Source: Octopus vulgaris
Lineage: Eukaryota
Reading direction: 5' to 3'
NCBI GenBank assembly: GCA_951406725.2
Contig: OX597822.1
Span: 88,350,001 to 88,414,000 of the forward strand
DNA: 64,000 bases
Part shown: one piece after another, positions 50,608 to 63,570 of the stretch
Layout of the letters: each line of letters opens with the position of its first letter
Numbering within the stretch: position 1 is the first letter of the stretch
Translations under genes and position numbers: made by a program
The notes under the pieces: generated by a model
What the model was told of the DNA's origin: nothing
Seen by the model: the letters and a program-made list of their open reading frames with translations, nothing else
Databases searched by the model: none

Positions 50608-53600
50608 ATTACTCCATCGCCGAGGGTTAAAAACTCAAGTTACCTTGTCAGTCTTATACAGAACACCAAAGGAAATATTGACTGATTCCAAAGATGATGA
50701 AGTGAGAATTATCAAGGTAGCTATTCGCAATTTACATTTTGAAAAACATTGATGTCCCTAGACACCTTAATACGGTTCGTACGAGATGTGTGGAAATGGT
50801 TCTACAAAACTACTTGTATAGATTTGTAATTTGTTTCGCTGAACGGCTATTTCCTTCATGAGACTATATTGACATGTCCCTTAACTCCTTGGGGGGGGGG
50901 GGTCGTTGGATCGCTACAGTGTATCTAGGGCGAGAAAGCCTGGTGGGGTACCATCCCTCTCCAGGCTAAACTCATGTCTACAGCTGAGGGAACTAAAGCA
51001 ACTTAAAATGAAGTGTTTTGCTCAAGAACACAACGGATCGCCCGGTCCAGGGATCAAAACCACAATCATACTGAAGTGAATCCAACACCCTAACCACTAA
51101 GCGACGTGCCTCCATTAGTGCCACTCATTTCTACAGCTGAGTGGAGTGGAACAATGTGAAGTGGTTTGCTCAAGAACACAACGCATCGTCCAGTCCAGGG
51201 ATCAAAACCACAATCATACTGAAGTGAATCCAACACCCTAACCACTAAGTTACGCGCCACGAGACTATATGACTTTTAATAGTAATAATATAATAATGTA
51301 TTATTATAATATACTAACTTTAATAATAAAAATGGTTTCCATTTCAGGCACAGGCCAGTAATTTTAGGATTACATCGACCCCATAATTCAACTGGTACTT
51401 ATTTCATTGGCATAGAGAGGGCAAGTCAACCTCGACGGAATTTGATCATAGCGGTCGAAAAAATGCAGCGAAGCATTTTGTCTGGTGCGCTAAGTGTTCT
51501 GCTCGTTCGCCACCTTGTTATTTCAAATTTTGGCAAAAGGTCAGCAATTTTTGGAGGAGGGGGCTAGTCGGTTACATTGACTCCAGTACTAGACAGGTCG
51601 ACCCCGAAAGGGTGAAAGATAAAGCTGACCTCACAGGGATTTGAACAGAAAATGTAAAGAATCAAATGAAATACTGGAAAGCATTTTCCAGGTGCTCTAA
51701 CGACTCTGCCAATACTCTGCTCGAATTTTCGACCATCTTATAGAATGTTTCATATGTCACAGATTATGTAAAATAAGAGGCGTACATTAAGAGATATCTA
51801 CTTTTATTACAACCTTTGATGTCAAAAGATGAAATGCAGCCTCATTCCATTTGAAGTAGGTTGCTGCGACTACCCAGCATGATCAATATGGTATTTCCTG
51901 CAAAAGATTGGTTTGAAAACCAAACATCTGAAGAAAGCCACCAAGGAGATAACATGGCTGTTGAGAGACCAACAGAAGGTGATCGTAGTTAGAACCTTTC
52001 TAGAGGTTCATTCCTCGTAGGAGTGGCTGTGTGGTAAGTAGCTGGCTTACGAACCACATGGTTTGTTTCACCTTGTAGCAATGATAGCTTTTCAAGTTGA
52101 CAATAGAGATAAAACTTAGATCCATTTTTAATATTTAGTAAAAGTGGTGGACAAAATGCTTTGTGGTGTTCGTTGTGGTCTTCTCTGATCTGAATTCCAA
52201 TCAATTTTGCCTTTCACTCCTCCAGAGTCAACAAAAATAAAGTACTAGTCAAATACTAGGGCCGATTTAACTCACCTCCCTCGATCAAAATTGCCTACCT
52301 TGAGCTTAAATTATAAACCATTATATATAAGAACGAAAGCTTTACAATTTCTCAAAAAGTCACCTTCTGTTGACGTGCAAAACTGGTACTGACTTTGAAA
52401 TGTAGATAACGCTGTAAGAAAGCCAAACATTTTAGTGACAAACATTCTGAATCAAAGGGTGAACTTTCTTTTCTATAGAATTGGTCAAGGAAGGAGATGT
52501 ATCTATGACCTCCAGATGTCCTCCGAAACCAGTGAGTCTGCAGCAGAAATATATGAGGGGATTCCATAGAGATGATATTCTTGGTAGGAAGAACTTGGCA
52601 TAGGGCGTGAACATATTGCGAACAGGATGATGAAAGGAAGAAACGAAGAACCAGTCCTTACAAACTGATTACATCCATCCTGCTGTGTATCAACTATCGA
52701 TGTCTCATATTATCGTTATACAAAAATTTAACTTCTACCGTTACAAATTTTTACTGTCACACTTACATTGGCATATATTTACAATTTTTTTTTTCAAACT
52801 AAAAACTTAACTTTAAAGATGACGAATGTATCAATAATTTGTAAAATAACTTTATTAGTAAAAATTAATTCATTTAGAAAAGAACAACCTTTACTAAATA
52901 TGAGACAAAACTGCAATGTTTCTTTAAATTTTCATTGTCATTTGCAGACGACTAAATTTTTACTACTGCAAGCCTACAAGCATTTTTTTAAATAAGTGGC
53001 TTAGGGCAAGAACTATGATCCTTTTTTGAGTCTCTGTAACTGGCAGGAACAAGTTCTCCTCATGCGAAAAAACTAAATGGTAGTTATAGATTGTAAATCT
53101 GTGAAAAACATCCAACGATCATGTGGTGGCTTTAAACCGGGTGACGAATTAAATCTAGTATGGGAATGATTACTCCAAGTACCAGTTTGTATCCTATCAC
53201 CAACGTAATATCGTACTTCCTTGAAAAATATTTTAGTTATAAAACCGACAAAGGAGCTGCTGACAATCGTCAATTCTGGCATTCATCACGGACTCTCAAT
53301 CATAAGTTTTATTCTTATCGAAATAAATCAACTAAAAAATCGAATGGAATGAAGTGACAGTCTCGGTTGTATGAAGCTGATAAGTAATAATATTGAGTTT
53401 GTATACATGCTAAGATGCACCACAACTCGTCAGGAAAGATTAAAAGATGGAACAGAGAACAGACAGAAGTCATACAAAGACAGCAATGAAAGCTAGAAGT
53501 ACGTGCACAATAGACAGAATGAAACACAGAAACGTGATCAGCAAGATCCACAAAGAGGAAAAGTTGCCGAATTTCGAGAAGCGTGGAATTTTTAAAGGAT

Positions 53601-54529
53601 GCTGTGTTCTGACGGTTAATAACAGGTGCAGGTAATTTATTCCATGCGTTGGCGATTCTGTGCGTGTAAAAGTTGAATGAAGTTACATTGATTCGGTTGA
53701 ATGGAGTTAAACAATCTACCTGGTTGTAAATGCGAGCAATGAGATGATTGTATAAATAAGAATGGCTTTGGGGGTTGTAGCGACACGCCAAAGACCCTCG
53801 ATGGGTCTTTTCGGGGTTACACGAATATGCAATTAATTTTTATTGCATTATTCAATAAGAATCTGAAATTTGACATTCCATTCCAACTTCAGATTCACTT
53901 TAAGATTTCAGCAGCTGTTTCATGTACTTCATTTTAAAATTAATAAAACAAACTTCTACAACAGTGGGAAGACCCTCGGTCAATCATCCTGCTAGAAAAA
54001 GCACTCGAGCATTCCCTTAGTTTCACCGTGCCATTAAAAAAACGTAAAGACACATTGGTTAAAACTAGATACCCCTCAAAGATGGGGGATGGTCAAGGCT
54101 GGAATGGTAGAAAGAGTAGAGCCGAGGTATTCAATCACACCTTTTTACGTTCTGAGTTCAAATCCCTCTGATATAAATTTATCTATCACATCCTCTGGGA
54201 TTGATAAAATAAATACAAGTCAAGCATTGAGCGTTAGGGTCCAGATAATCGACTACTTAACCATTAAATATACACAAATTTTGTGACCCCATATCGGGAA
54301 TACTTTTTTTATTATTACGACTAATCTAGCATTAAACGTAAAACAGATGTATATAAATAAGAATATAACATATGAGAATCGAAAGTTCACTTCTTTCTTT
54401 CATGTATCCTTTTGTATTTGTATCGATATCGATTCTATGACTTAAAGAAATAAATAATAGTTCAAAGAAATGAAACAAATGTTCGTTGTTAAGTACGAAA
54501 TATTCACACCAAATTCTTATGGTATTATA

Positions 54530-55117
54530 TTAGTATCTATGTCTTAAATTACTGCTTCTGTAATCACGTCTTCTTTTCGAGTCGGAAACGTCTTGAGTGC
54601 TGTCAAGATCGTCTAAAGTAAAATTGTCGGTCACACACGATATGAAAGATGAGTAAAACCTTCTTAAACCAGCGTAAAATCGACTTCGGAAAGATCTTAA
54701 TGTTTTCTCAGTAGTGCTTTTTTTCCTATGGCGGGGTCTCTGAATGCGTACATTTTCAGGCCTCTCGGAACCTCTGAAAGGTACGCTAATATATAACAAT
54801 GGATAGACTAACATGTTTTTTTTCAAAATTGGTTTCTGTAATTTTAATTTCGCTCCTCGCTGTAAAAAAGGAAACGGTATTTCGATGACATCCATATTTG
54901 AATACTGAGATTCTATTTTCGGCCTTTTATTTCTAGAATCTAAATTCATATCGGAACATCTTTGTTGGTGAGAATGGTCTGCTTCCTGACCAATTTCATC
55001 GTCATTTAAAACTGTGCCTGGAAGATTAGAAGGATACAAGTAGTTGGCTTCACGTTGGGTCAAGTTAGATTTAGAGGGATGTTTCGATGGCTCGTCGCCA
55101 TGTAAAGATCTATTCAT
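54530..55117 (-). CDS. Orphan 195-aa basic protein, uninterrupted ORF nested in the FGGY intron
   Basis: ATG-to-TAA ORF in non-repetitive sequence; AAA-ATG context preceded by ttttatttag; AATAAA ~217 nt downstream; no recognised domain. Confidence 0.5.
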   Translation of the reverse strand: MNRSLHGDEPSKHPSKSNLTQREANYLYPSNLPGTVLNDDEIGQEADHSHQQRCSDMNLDSRNKRPKIESQYSNMDVIEIPFPFLQRGAKLKLQKPILKKNMLVYPLLYISVPFRGSERPENVRIQRPRHRKKSTTEKTLRSFRSRFYAGLRRFYSSFISCVTDNFTLDDLDSTQDVSDSKRRRDYRSSNLRHRY

Positions 55118-55747
55118 TTTCTAAATAAAACTTGGAATTGTTTATAAGGTATAACGTGTGTTTAAAAACATAGGTTTGTTAACTTGGCTTCGAATAATAA
55201 CTTTCGGCAGTGACATATGAAACAATACTGAAATATGACTGATATGCACGCGCGTATACAACTATACTCCTATACTCACACATTCATATTCGTAACACAC
55301 ACACACGCGCGCGCACACATACACACACACAAAAGCAGTATTTGCAATTGTTAATTACAATTGTGACGTTATCAATTGCTCTATGACAAATTACCGGAAA
55401 AGCAATGACACTGCATGCCATGTCAAAGGCGTTAATTTGGTAGTGATAATCAATAAATGTTTTAGAAACGAAACGAAAACATTTCCTAATAGTTATAAAG
55501 ACAAAGCAAGGAAGCCTAATGGAGCCTATTGACAGTGCAATGGCAAAATCGTTCGTGCGTTGGACAAAGTGCCTTGTGGTATTTGTTCTAACATTTTACT
55601 GCCTGTTCTAATTTCAAATTGTGCCGAAGGAGAAATTTACCTTTCATTCTTCTGGTGTCAATAAAATACCAGTCAAGTACAAAGATCGATGTAATTGCAT
55701 CCACCCAACCCTCAAAATTTCCGGCCTTGTGCCAAAGTAATTAGAGA

Positions 55748-55781
<34 letters not shown>

Positions 55782-56019
55782 GGGCTGCGAGCAGACAGAA
55801 TCGTTAGCACGTCAAGCAAAATGCTTTGTGGCATTTACATTCAGCTGTCTTTACATTCTGAGTTCTTAGGGGTCAACTTGGCCTCTCATCCTTTTGAGGT
55901 TGATAAAATAAGTACCATTTGAACACTGGAGTCAATGCAATCGACTTATTTCCTCCCCTGAATTTGCTGGCTTTGTGCCTAAATTTGAAACCATTATTAT
56001 TATTATTATTATTATTATT

Positions 56020-56207
56020 CAGTAGTTTTATTTTTATAGCGTGCTTTCACTTCACTACCGAGCGCAGCTCTGTGTGCCTTGGGTATGTGCTGTGATTTGT
56101 TGTGATGCTCTGATGGTTATTGTATGGAAAGTGTTCTGCGTAGGATGCGTGCAGTGCCTAGTAGTGCAATTTTCTGTATGTTATATGTGTTTGTAAGTCC
56201 TGGTGTT
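56020..56207 (-). mobile_element. R4/Dong-clade retrotransposon 3' end embedded in (TAA)n repeats
   Basis: PGLTNTYNIQKIALLGTARILRRTLSIQ* is the typical C-terminus of RLE-bearing R4 elements; TAA/CAA arrays on both sides. Confidence 0.75.
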
Positions 56208-56223
56208 TTTGTTGTTGTTGTTA

Positions 56224-56259
<36 letters not shown>

Positions 56260-57550
56260 GTTATTATTGTTGTTGTTGTTGTTGTTGTTGCAGCGAGCTG
56301 GCAGAATTGTCAGCATGACAGGCAATATACTTAGCAGTATTTTGTCTGTCATAGTGCTCTGAGTTCAAATTCTGCCAAGGTCGGCTTTGCCTTTTATCCT
56401 TTTGGGGCAAATAAATTAAATATCAGTGAAACACTGGGGTCAATATAATTGAATTATCCCCTCCCTCCAAATTTCTGCCCTTGTGGCAAAATTTGAAACC
56501 CTTATTATTAGTATTATATTCTGCTAAGGTTGACTTTGCCTTTCATCTTTTCAGGGTCAATAAATTAAGTACCAGTGAAACACTGGTATTGATGTAATTG
56601 TCTAGGCCCTTCCCCAAAATTTCAGGCCTTGTGCCTTTAGTACAAAGGATTATTATTATTATTTAAGTGGTGAGCTGACAAAATTCTTAGCAGCATTTCT
56701 TCCAGCTTTATGTTCTGAGTTCAAATACTGCCGAGTTTGAATTTGCCTTTCATCTCTTTGGGGACAATAGAATAAATCCCAGTTGAGCACTAGGGTCAGT
56801 GTAATTGACTACCCCTAAAATCGCTGGCCTAGTGGAAGACTTTCAAGTCAGGGCCCATGGATAATTTCCTAAAATCCCTACCCTGGCAGTGCTACTGGGA
56901 GGCATTGCCAATGTGGGATAAACTCTACAGGCAAAATAGTGGCTTCAGGCCTCACTTGATTATGAGGAGTGCAGAGCACTGACACTGTCCTGCATGCGCT
57001 TGTACAGCGATGAGCATTGATAATCTGTGGAGTTATGTTGAACAGCTGATATAACATGTAGGATCAATTTGACAATTGGCCAACTTCATTGAAAAGACTG
57101 CTCTGTCACCTTCTTTTGAACAGAAAGAGCAGGCAGTTTTTCTGTGTCTGACAGCTATAGCAAAAGAGGTTGTGTGGTGGATGAGACTGAAAGCACTGAA
57201 GGCAAACAATTTTCTCGTTGGTCAAGACTTCATCAACTTCTCTAAATTACATTTAAAAAGGAAGGTGAGGGCTGAGAGGAATGTATTTCTACTCCAGTAA
57301 ATTCATTGAAAGGTGGATGGATGTGGCAAGGACAGCTTGAATGAATGGGCCTATTCTGAACTAGAACCTGAAGGGTGGGGACTAAGGAGAGAGAAGAACT
57401 TGCCATGGTATACCTGGTAGACAGGGTGGCTTGAGATCTGTGGAATTTCTTGGTTGCCTCTGGGTGGCATTTTCCACCTATTGGGGAATTTGTTAGCAGA
57501 AATTATTCTGTTAATTGTTATGACTTTTTATTGTTTATGTTTTCTATGTA

Positions 57551-58680
57551 CAGGGTGTTTGTGCTAAAATTTGACAGTTTGCATAAAAGGAAAAGAAAAC
57601 ACAATATCCCATCAAAAAATAAGGGTATTTTTTAAAGAATCAAAAGACTTCAACTAGATTATGACTGGGAGGTACTCAAAGTAGCTGTCCTCAGCTTCAA
57701 CCACTACCTAAAGACAGCTCCAGAACATGGCACATGCATTCCTCCACGATCTCCAGCAGTTTCATATAGCTATCTCAATTGAGTCTAAGGCCCTGTTCAT
57801 AGATGCAGACACACCCAAAGGTCATCACAATTTGGGGGAACTTGATTTGCATGATACATGTGACATCACATGGATTATAGGCAAACCACCTGTTCTGGGT
57901 GTGTTGCGACTGGTCGTGGCAGTAGTTTTTTTCATCTGGGAAGAACTAGATCATCTCTGGTTTAACAGCTAGATCAGGAGCTTCTTTGCCTTCATCAAGT
58001 GATTCTCCTTGGCTTTGGCTGTCAGAATTTGTCCCTTATCTATATAAAATCCATTCTGTGTGTCTGTGTGTGTGTTTTCTAGGATCTCGGGCATCCGATT
58101 GCGCTCAAATTTGATATGTAGATACTGACGGTCTCAGGGCGTGTATAAGTCTTGAAAAAATTACAAAAATCGATTCCAGGTGAGAATGCGATCGATAAAG
58201 CCATTCTCCAAGTCAACAGCCTTATCATTACTGGTACTTTAAACTCCTCGGTTGCATATTTGTGTGAATAAAATCGTTTTTCTTTGGAATAGAAAAAATG
58301 GTTATCTTTATTTCTTTTTTTACTGGTGTCTCAAATTTAGGTTAAATCAGTGTTTCTCAAAGGGGAGGTCTATGGGATGGTCGGACAAGTTGTTTTGAGA
58401 AAATTTAGTTTAAATGTTTGACAACTCAGCACCATCCATTGGACGGGGGGCATTTTGCTCATGCCTCTTATATGAGTGGTAGCAAAGGTCTTCAGGGTTA
58501 GCTTTATAGAGGCAACTTCAACATCCATCTCTTTTGACCCTTAATTCCTTTATTGGATCTGCCATCACCTTGTTTTGCAGCTGTTTGATGAATTCCAGAA
58601 TATGGACACAGCCAGAACACCTGCCGTGGCCCTTCCTGCTGGCTACAGCTTCATAGTCTCAATTGCAGCTGTCCATGTTA
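57551..58680 (-). mobile_element. Degenerate Tc1/mariner-superfamily (maT/DD37D-like) transposon
   Basis: TA|CAGGGTG terminus; RTPEFIKQ, YKRHKGQILTAKAKEN, DEKN.C.DQ...QNRW, KFP..VM.FG, GLRLN motifs. Confidence 0.7.
58039..58461 (+). mobile_element. Non-autonomous Helitron inserted in the maT-like transposase
   Basis: A|TCTATATAAAA start, degenerate 3' hairpin and end; removing it restores host codons K-R-H-K-G-Q. Confidence 0.7.
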
Positions 58681-59672
58681 GCATTGAGGTTGATTTAATC
58701 AACTTAACCTTCCCCATCAAACTGCTTGCCTTGTACCAAAATTTGAAACCCTTATTGTTACTATTGATTGGGTAGGATTGTCAGCATGCTTGACAAGATG
58801 CTTAGTGGTATTTTGTCCCTTTTTACGTTCTGAGTTTGAATTCTGCCAAGTGAACTTTGCCTTTCATTCTTTTGAGGTCCATAAAATAAGTACCAGCTGA
58901 GCACTGAAGTTGATGTAATCAACAAGTCCCACTTCATATGGAGAATCCATAACCATTAAAATAACTTCAAGTGGAGTTTCATCATCAGGGACTTTACAAA
59001 TCTGGCACTCACAACTGCTAATTCTGTCCCTGCAAGAGACTACATACACTCCTCTAACCTGCAGTATCCATTAACAGGAAGAACAAACTATTTTATTGTT
59101 GCCACCCAAGGTGTCCCCTCTTAATGAACTTCAAACCACTGGCTGCTGACAACCCAGATATACCCTAACTGGGCCTAGCTGTCCCACACACAAGGGCAGA
59201 ATATTTAATCTTTACTGCCCATATAGACTATAACTAATCCATATTGGTCAATCAACCTCAATTATAACCTGACTCCATTAAATCTAGTGACCCCTATGTA
59301 AAAACTGATGTTGCTGATGTGTTCATACACCACTGCACAACAACTGAGCTACTGACTTGGTGCCAGCTAGCTGCCGACATCATGTCCAAACATGTGACCT
59401 TGAAAATAAAGAAAATAGTTGGTGTCCCTTTCATAGTTTTTATACTACATGACCTGAGATGACCAATAGAGGCTTAACATCCAGAAGCCATCCTGAATTT
59501 CTGTCAAAACTTTCACTCTCCTCCTAGCATCTGATGAGATGGGGTTGTTCAACATGCCCAAGAAACAAGTCATGTGGAGCTGAATCAAATTTTCATTAAA
59601 AATATGTGTAACTCCTGCCAAATGCATTGAGTGCTACTTTCTTTTGTTCACAACACACACATATAAGTGCAT

Positions 59673-59712
<40 letters not shown>

Positions 59713-61223
59713 TCTCACACACACATATATATATTCATGTCTGTAATTAAGAAGCTACATTTCTCCAATGTATGTTTTCCTAAAAACTGATGTATGCACA
59801 TGAAACAGCATGAATTAAAATCTGTGTATCATTCCAAATGTATAAACACTGACTGAAAACATAATGCTGTGAAATTGTCTGAAATGAAATCTCTTCATAT
59901 ACTTGATGTGTTAAAAATACAATATCTATCAAAGTGAGATGAAGATAATTGCCGCAGTGACTCATGAGAGCGATAAATGCTGAAGCTTTTCAATACCATG
60001 CACCAGAATGTCACTAGTTTAAATGCAATGTATGCCTTAATATATAGGAAACGATGAATAAAATATTCAGATATTGCAAAAAACTTGCTGGGCTGTTGAA
60101 AAAACTCAGTGTATGCAATTGAAACAGCAGTGGTTTTAAAATTATCATTGGTACATCACACTAAATGACTCACACATCATTAGAAAGCATGATGTTGAGG
60201 AATTGTCTTGCCACAGATTCATGGTACAAGCTTCTGTGATACCAGCGAATGTTTTATAGTGTTACTGTTAGATACAGAGGAATTAAACTCATTAAACACA
60301 GTATGGCAGAGGGACAGGCACAGGTATCTTGCTATAGAGGAGAAACGTGGCTAAGAATATCTGTAATGAAGATAAAGAGGTTGTGACAAAGTATCAGAGT
60401 GTGTTAAGTACATATTTTCTTATATATACATGCATACTTATGATTATCTAACACTATATATGTATTATGTACACACACACTGTACTAGTGCTATGCCCAT
60501 GCTGGAGCCACGTAAAAAAGCACCCATGCTGGTGTCACATATAAAATACCCATGCTGATGCCACAAACAAAGCACTCATGCTGATGCTATATAAAAAGCA
60601 CCCAGTACACTCTGTAGAGTGGTTGGTATTAGGAAGAGCATCCAGCCATAGATACCATGCCAAAACAGACAATTGGAGTCTTGTGCAGCTTTCTGGCCAT
60701 CCAACCCATACCAGCATAGAAAATGAATGTTAGATGAAGATGGTGATGATAATGATACATATAATGGAAGTCTAAATTTTCTTATATAAACATGCATATT
60801 TACTATCATCATTTATCATCATCATCATAAATCATCTATATTCCTTACTGGCATGGGTTGGATGGTTTAAAAAGGATCTAGTGAGCTGCAAGGCTGTATC
60901 ATGCTCCATGTCAGCTTTGGGATGGTTTCTATTGCTGGATGCCCTTCCTAACACCAACCACTTTACAGTGTGCACTGGGTACTTTTGTCACACTACTGAC
61001 ACTTGTGAGGTTGCAAGAAGGGTGAGTGGGAATATCTGAGAGGATGGAGAGGTGGCTTTATACCAGGGACAAGCAGAGATGTCTTGCTATAGACAAGCTA
61101 CATGACAATCCCACATTATATAAAGGTGGATGGGAGTACACACACACATATTGTATGTATGCATGTATGTATGTACATACGTACATACATACGTATGTAC
61201 ATACATACATACATACATATATA

Positions 61224-61275
<52 letters not shown>

Positions 61276-61309
61276 TACATACATACATACATACATATTT
61301 AATCCTTAC

Positions 61310-61371
61310 CTCTTTTCTGCTTTTTCTTTAATAGCTGGAAATGCAGCATGATTCTTCACAATATGGTCAAG
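61310..61371 (-). CDS. FGGY: FGGY exon (most 5' exon found in the window)
   Basis: ttctag|...|gtaagg; LDHIVKNHAAFPAIKEKAEK(R) (cf. IDHMVQGHAAFPELQ); phase 2 matches the exon starting at 45648. Confidence 0.93.
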
Positions 61372-62049
61372 CTAGAAAATACAGGAATTCATTTGAAGAA
61401 GCATTAGACATGATAATTGATTATATGATAACTGACAACATGATAATTGACATTTCACACAAAAAACAAACAAATGAAACCGAAATTCTGAGTTCAACAA
61501 TTATGGTAATGATAGACGAGAAAAAAGAATAAGAGAAAATTTATAATAATTCTTTCAACTATAGGCCTATAGGCACAAGGCCTGAAATTATGGGAGCTGG
61601 GGATAGTTTATTACATCAACCCCGGTGCTCAACTGGTACTTATTTCAACAATCCTTAAAGGATGAAAGGCAAAGTCAGTCTTGGCAGAATTTGATCTCAG
61701 AACATATTGAACGAAATGCTACTTAAGTATTTTGTCTGGCATACCAACAATTCTGCCATCATCATCATCATCATCATCATCATCATAATAATAATCATAA
61801 TCATAATAATAATAATAATGATAATAATAATAATAATCCTTTCTATTAAAGGCACTAAGCCTGAAATTTGGGGGGAGGGGACTAGTTGATTACATCGAAC
61901 CCAGTCTTTCACTGGTACTTAATTTATCGACCCTGAAAGAATGAAAGATAAAGTGGAACTCAGTGGAATTTGAACATAGACTTCAAAGATAGATGAAATA
62001 CTGCTAAGCATTTTTCCTGGAGTGCTAATGATCCTGCCAACCATAATCA

Positions 62050-62485
62050 TCATCATCATCATCATCGTTTAACGTCCGCTTTCCATGCTAGCATGGGTTG
62101 GACGGTTCAACTGGGGTCTGGGAAGCCCAAAGGCCGCACCAGGCCAGTCAGATCTGGCAATGTTTCTACAGCTGGATGCCCTTCCTAACGCCAACCACTC
62201 CGAGAGTGTAGTGGGTGATTTTATGTGCCACCGACACAGGTGCCAGACGAGGCTGGCGAACGGCCACGCTCGGATGGTGTTTTTATGTGCCACCGACACA
62301 GGTGCCAGACGAGGCTGGCGAACGGCCACGCTCGGATGGTGTTTTTTATGTGCCACCGACACAGGTGCCAGACGAGGCTGGCGAACAGCCACGCTCGGAT
62401 GGTGTTTTTTATGTGCCACCGACACAGGTGCCAGACGAGGCTGGCGAACGGCCACGATCGGATGGTGTTTGTTACGTGCCCACAG
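62050..62485 (-). mobile_element. RTE 3' UTR copy with four ~62-bp tandem units
   Basis: Unit ttatgtgccaccgacacaggtgccagacgaggctggcgaacggccacgctcggatggtgttt x4 (62221-62470). Confidence 0.9.
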
Positions 62486-62521
62486 CATAATAATAATAAT
62501 AATAATACGTACCCACAGCAC

Positions 62522-62554
<33 letters not shown>

Positions 62555-63029
62555 AATGATGATGATGATGATAAAAATAATAATGTTTTCAAATTTTGGC
62601 ACAGGGCAAGTAATTTTTGAGGAGAGAAAGAAGTTGATATCAACCATAGTGTTTCACTGGTACTTCTTTCATTGACCCCACAAAGATGAAAGACAAAGTT
62701 GATCTCAGTGGAATTTGATCTCAGAATGTAAACACAGACGGAATGTTGCTAAGCATTTTACCCAGTATGCTAAGGATTCCACCAGTTCACTTCAAGAAGA
62801 AGAAGAAGAAGAAGGAGGAGGATAATCAGGAAAGTATTAGATAGTTGAAAAGAACAGAGAGCATGATACTATAGACTGCAGGAAGCAAGCCCGCTACACA
62901 TGCAAGACACAAAGAGTTACAACAAAACCTGAAATAAAAAGAAAAATAATGATAATAATAATAATAATAATAATTTGCTAAGGCAGAAGGATTTTACCAA
63001 TAGAATAGAGAGTACTAATGAATTCTGAT

Positions 63030-63570
63030 TGTGAATAGCCAATGAAAGAGAAGAAACACTATTCTGCATAGAATTGCATGGTCAGTTCCACCGCAAAACT
63101 AACAACTTAAAAAGTCAAGAAGCATCATGACATGACTCAGCAAAGGTGACCCTAAAAAGAAGACTGAAAGCCTAATCTTCGTTGCCCAGGATCAGGCATT
63201 GAATACCAACTAAGGGAAAAGGGATATATAAAACACATATGCAACAAACCTCTGTAGAATGTGTGGGAAGAAGGTTGAAAGCATGATTCACATTGTTAGA
63301 GCTAGTGAAAGTCTTGCATAGAAAGAGTACAAGTGCAGACACGACAAGGTAGATCAAAACCTTCACTGGCTACTATGCCGTAAATGTGGATATGAGATAA
63401 CAGGTGCTTAGAATCAACATATACCAGAAAAGGTAATGGACGAAAATGAGAAGGAAAAGATCCTCTGGGACTTTGACTTCCAGACAGACAAGGAGTCAGA
63501 GCACTGAAGCACTGAAAATTATTTGAGAACAATCTCTGGCTCACCATACCTGCAAGAAGTGCAAAAGATT
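63030..63570 (+). mobile_element. R4/Dong-clade retrotransposon fragment (CCHC finger and start of RLE domain)
   Basis: LKKKTESLIFVAQDQALNT, CRMCGKKVESMIHIV, EYKCRHDKV, KILWDFDFQTD. Confidence 0.85.

Noticed and set aside
62221-62470. Regular ~62-bp repeats resembling a CRISPR array or repeat protein (ORFs 62069-62675; also 18390-18857 and 21387-21968)
   Set aside because: Units are near-identical with no unique spacers, there are no cas genes, and they are internal to an RTE 3' UTR family
62820-62940. Acceptor-like site on minus as a further FGGY exon
   Set aside because: All three frames close quickly and none resembles the expected GVWGPY/EGGQS segment
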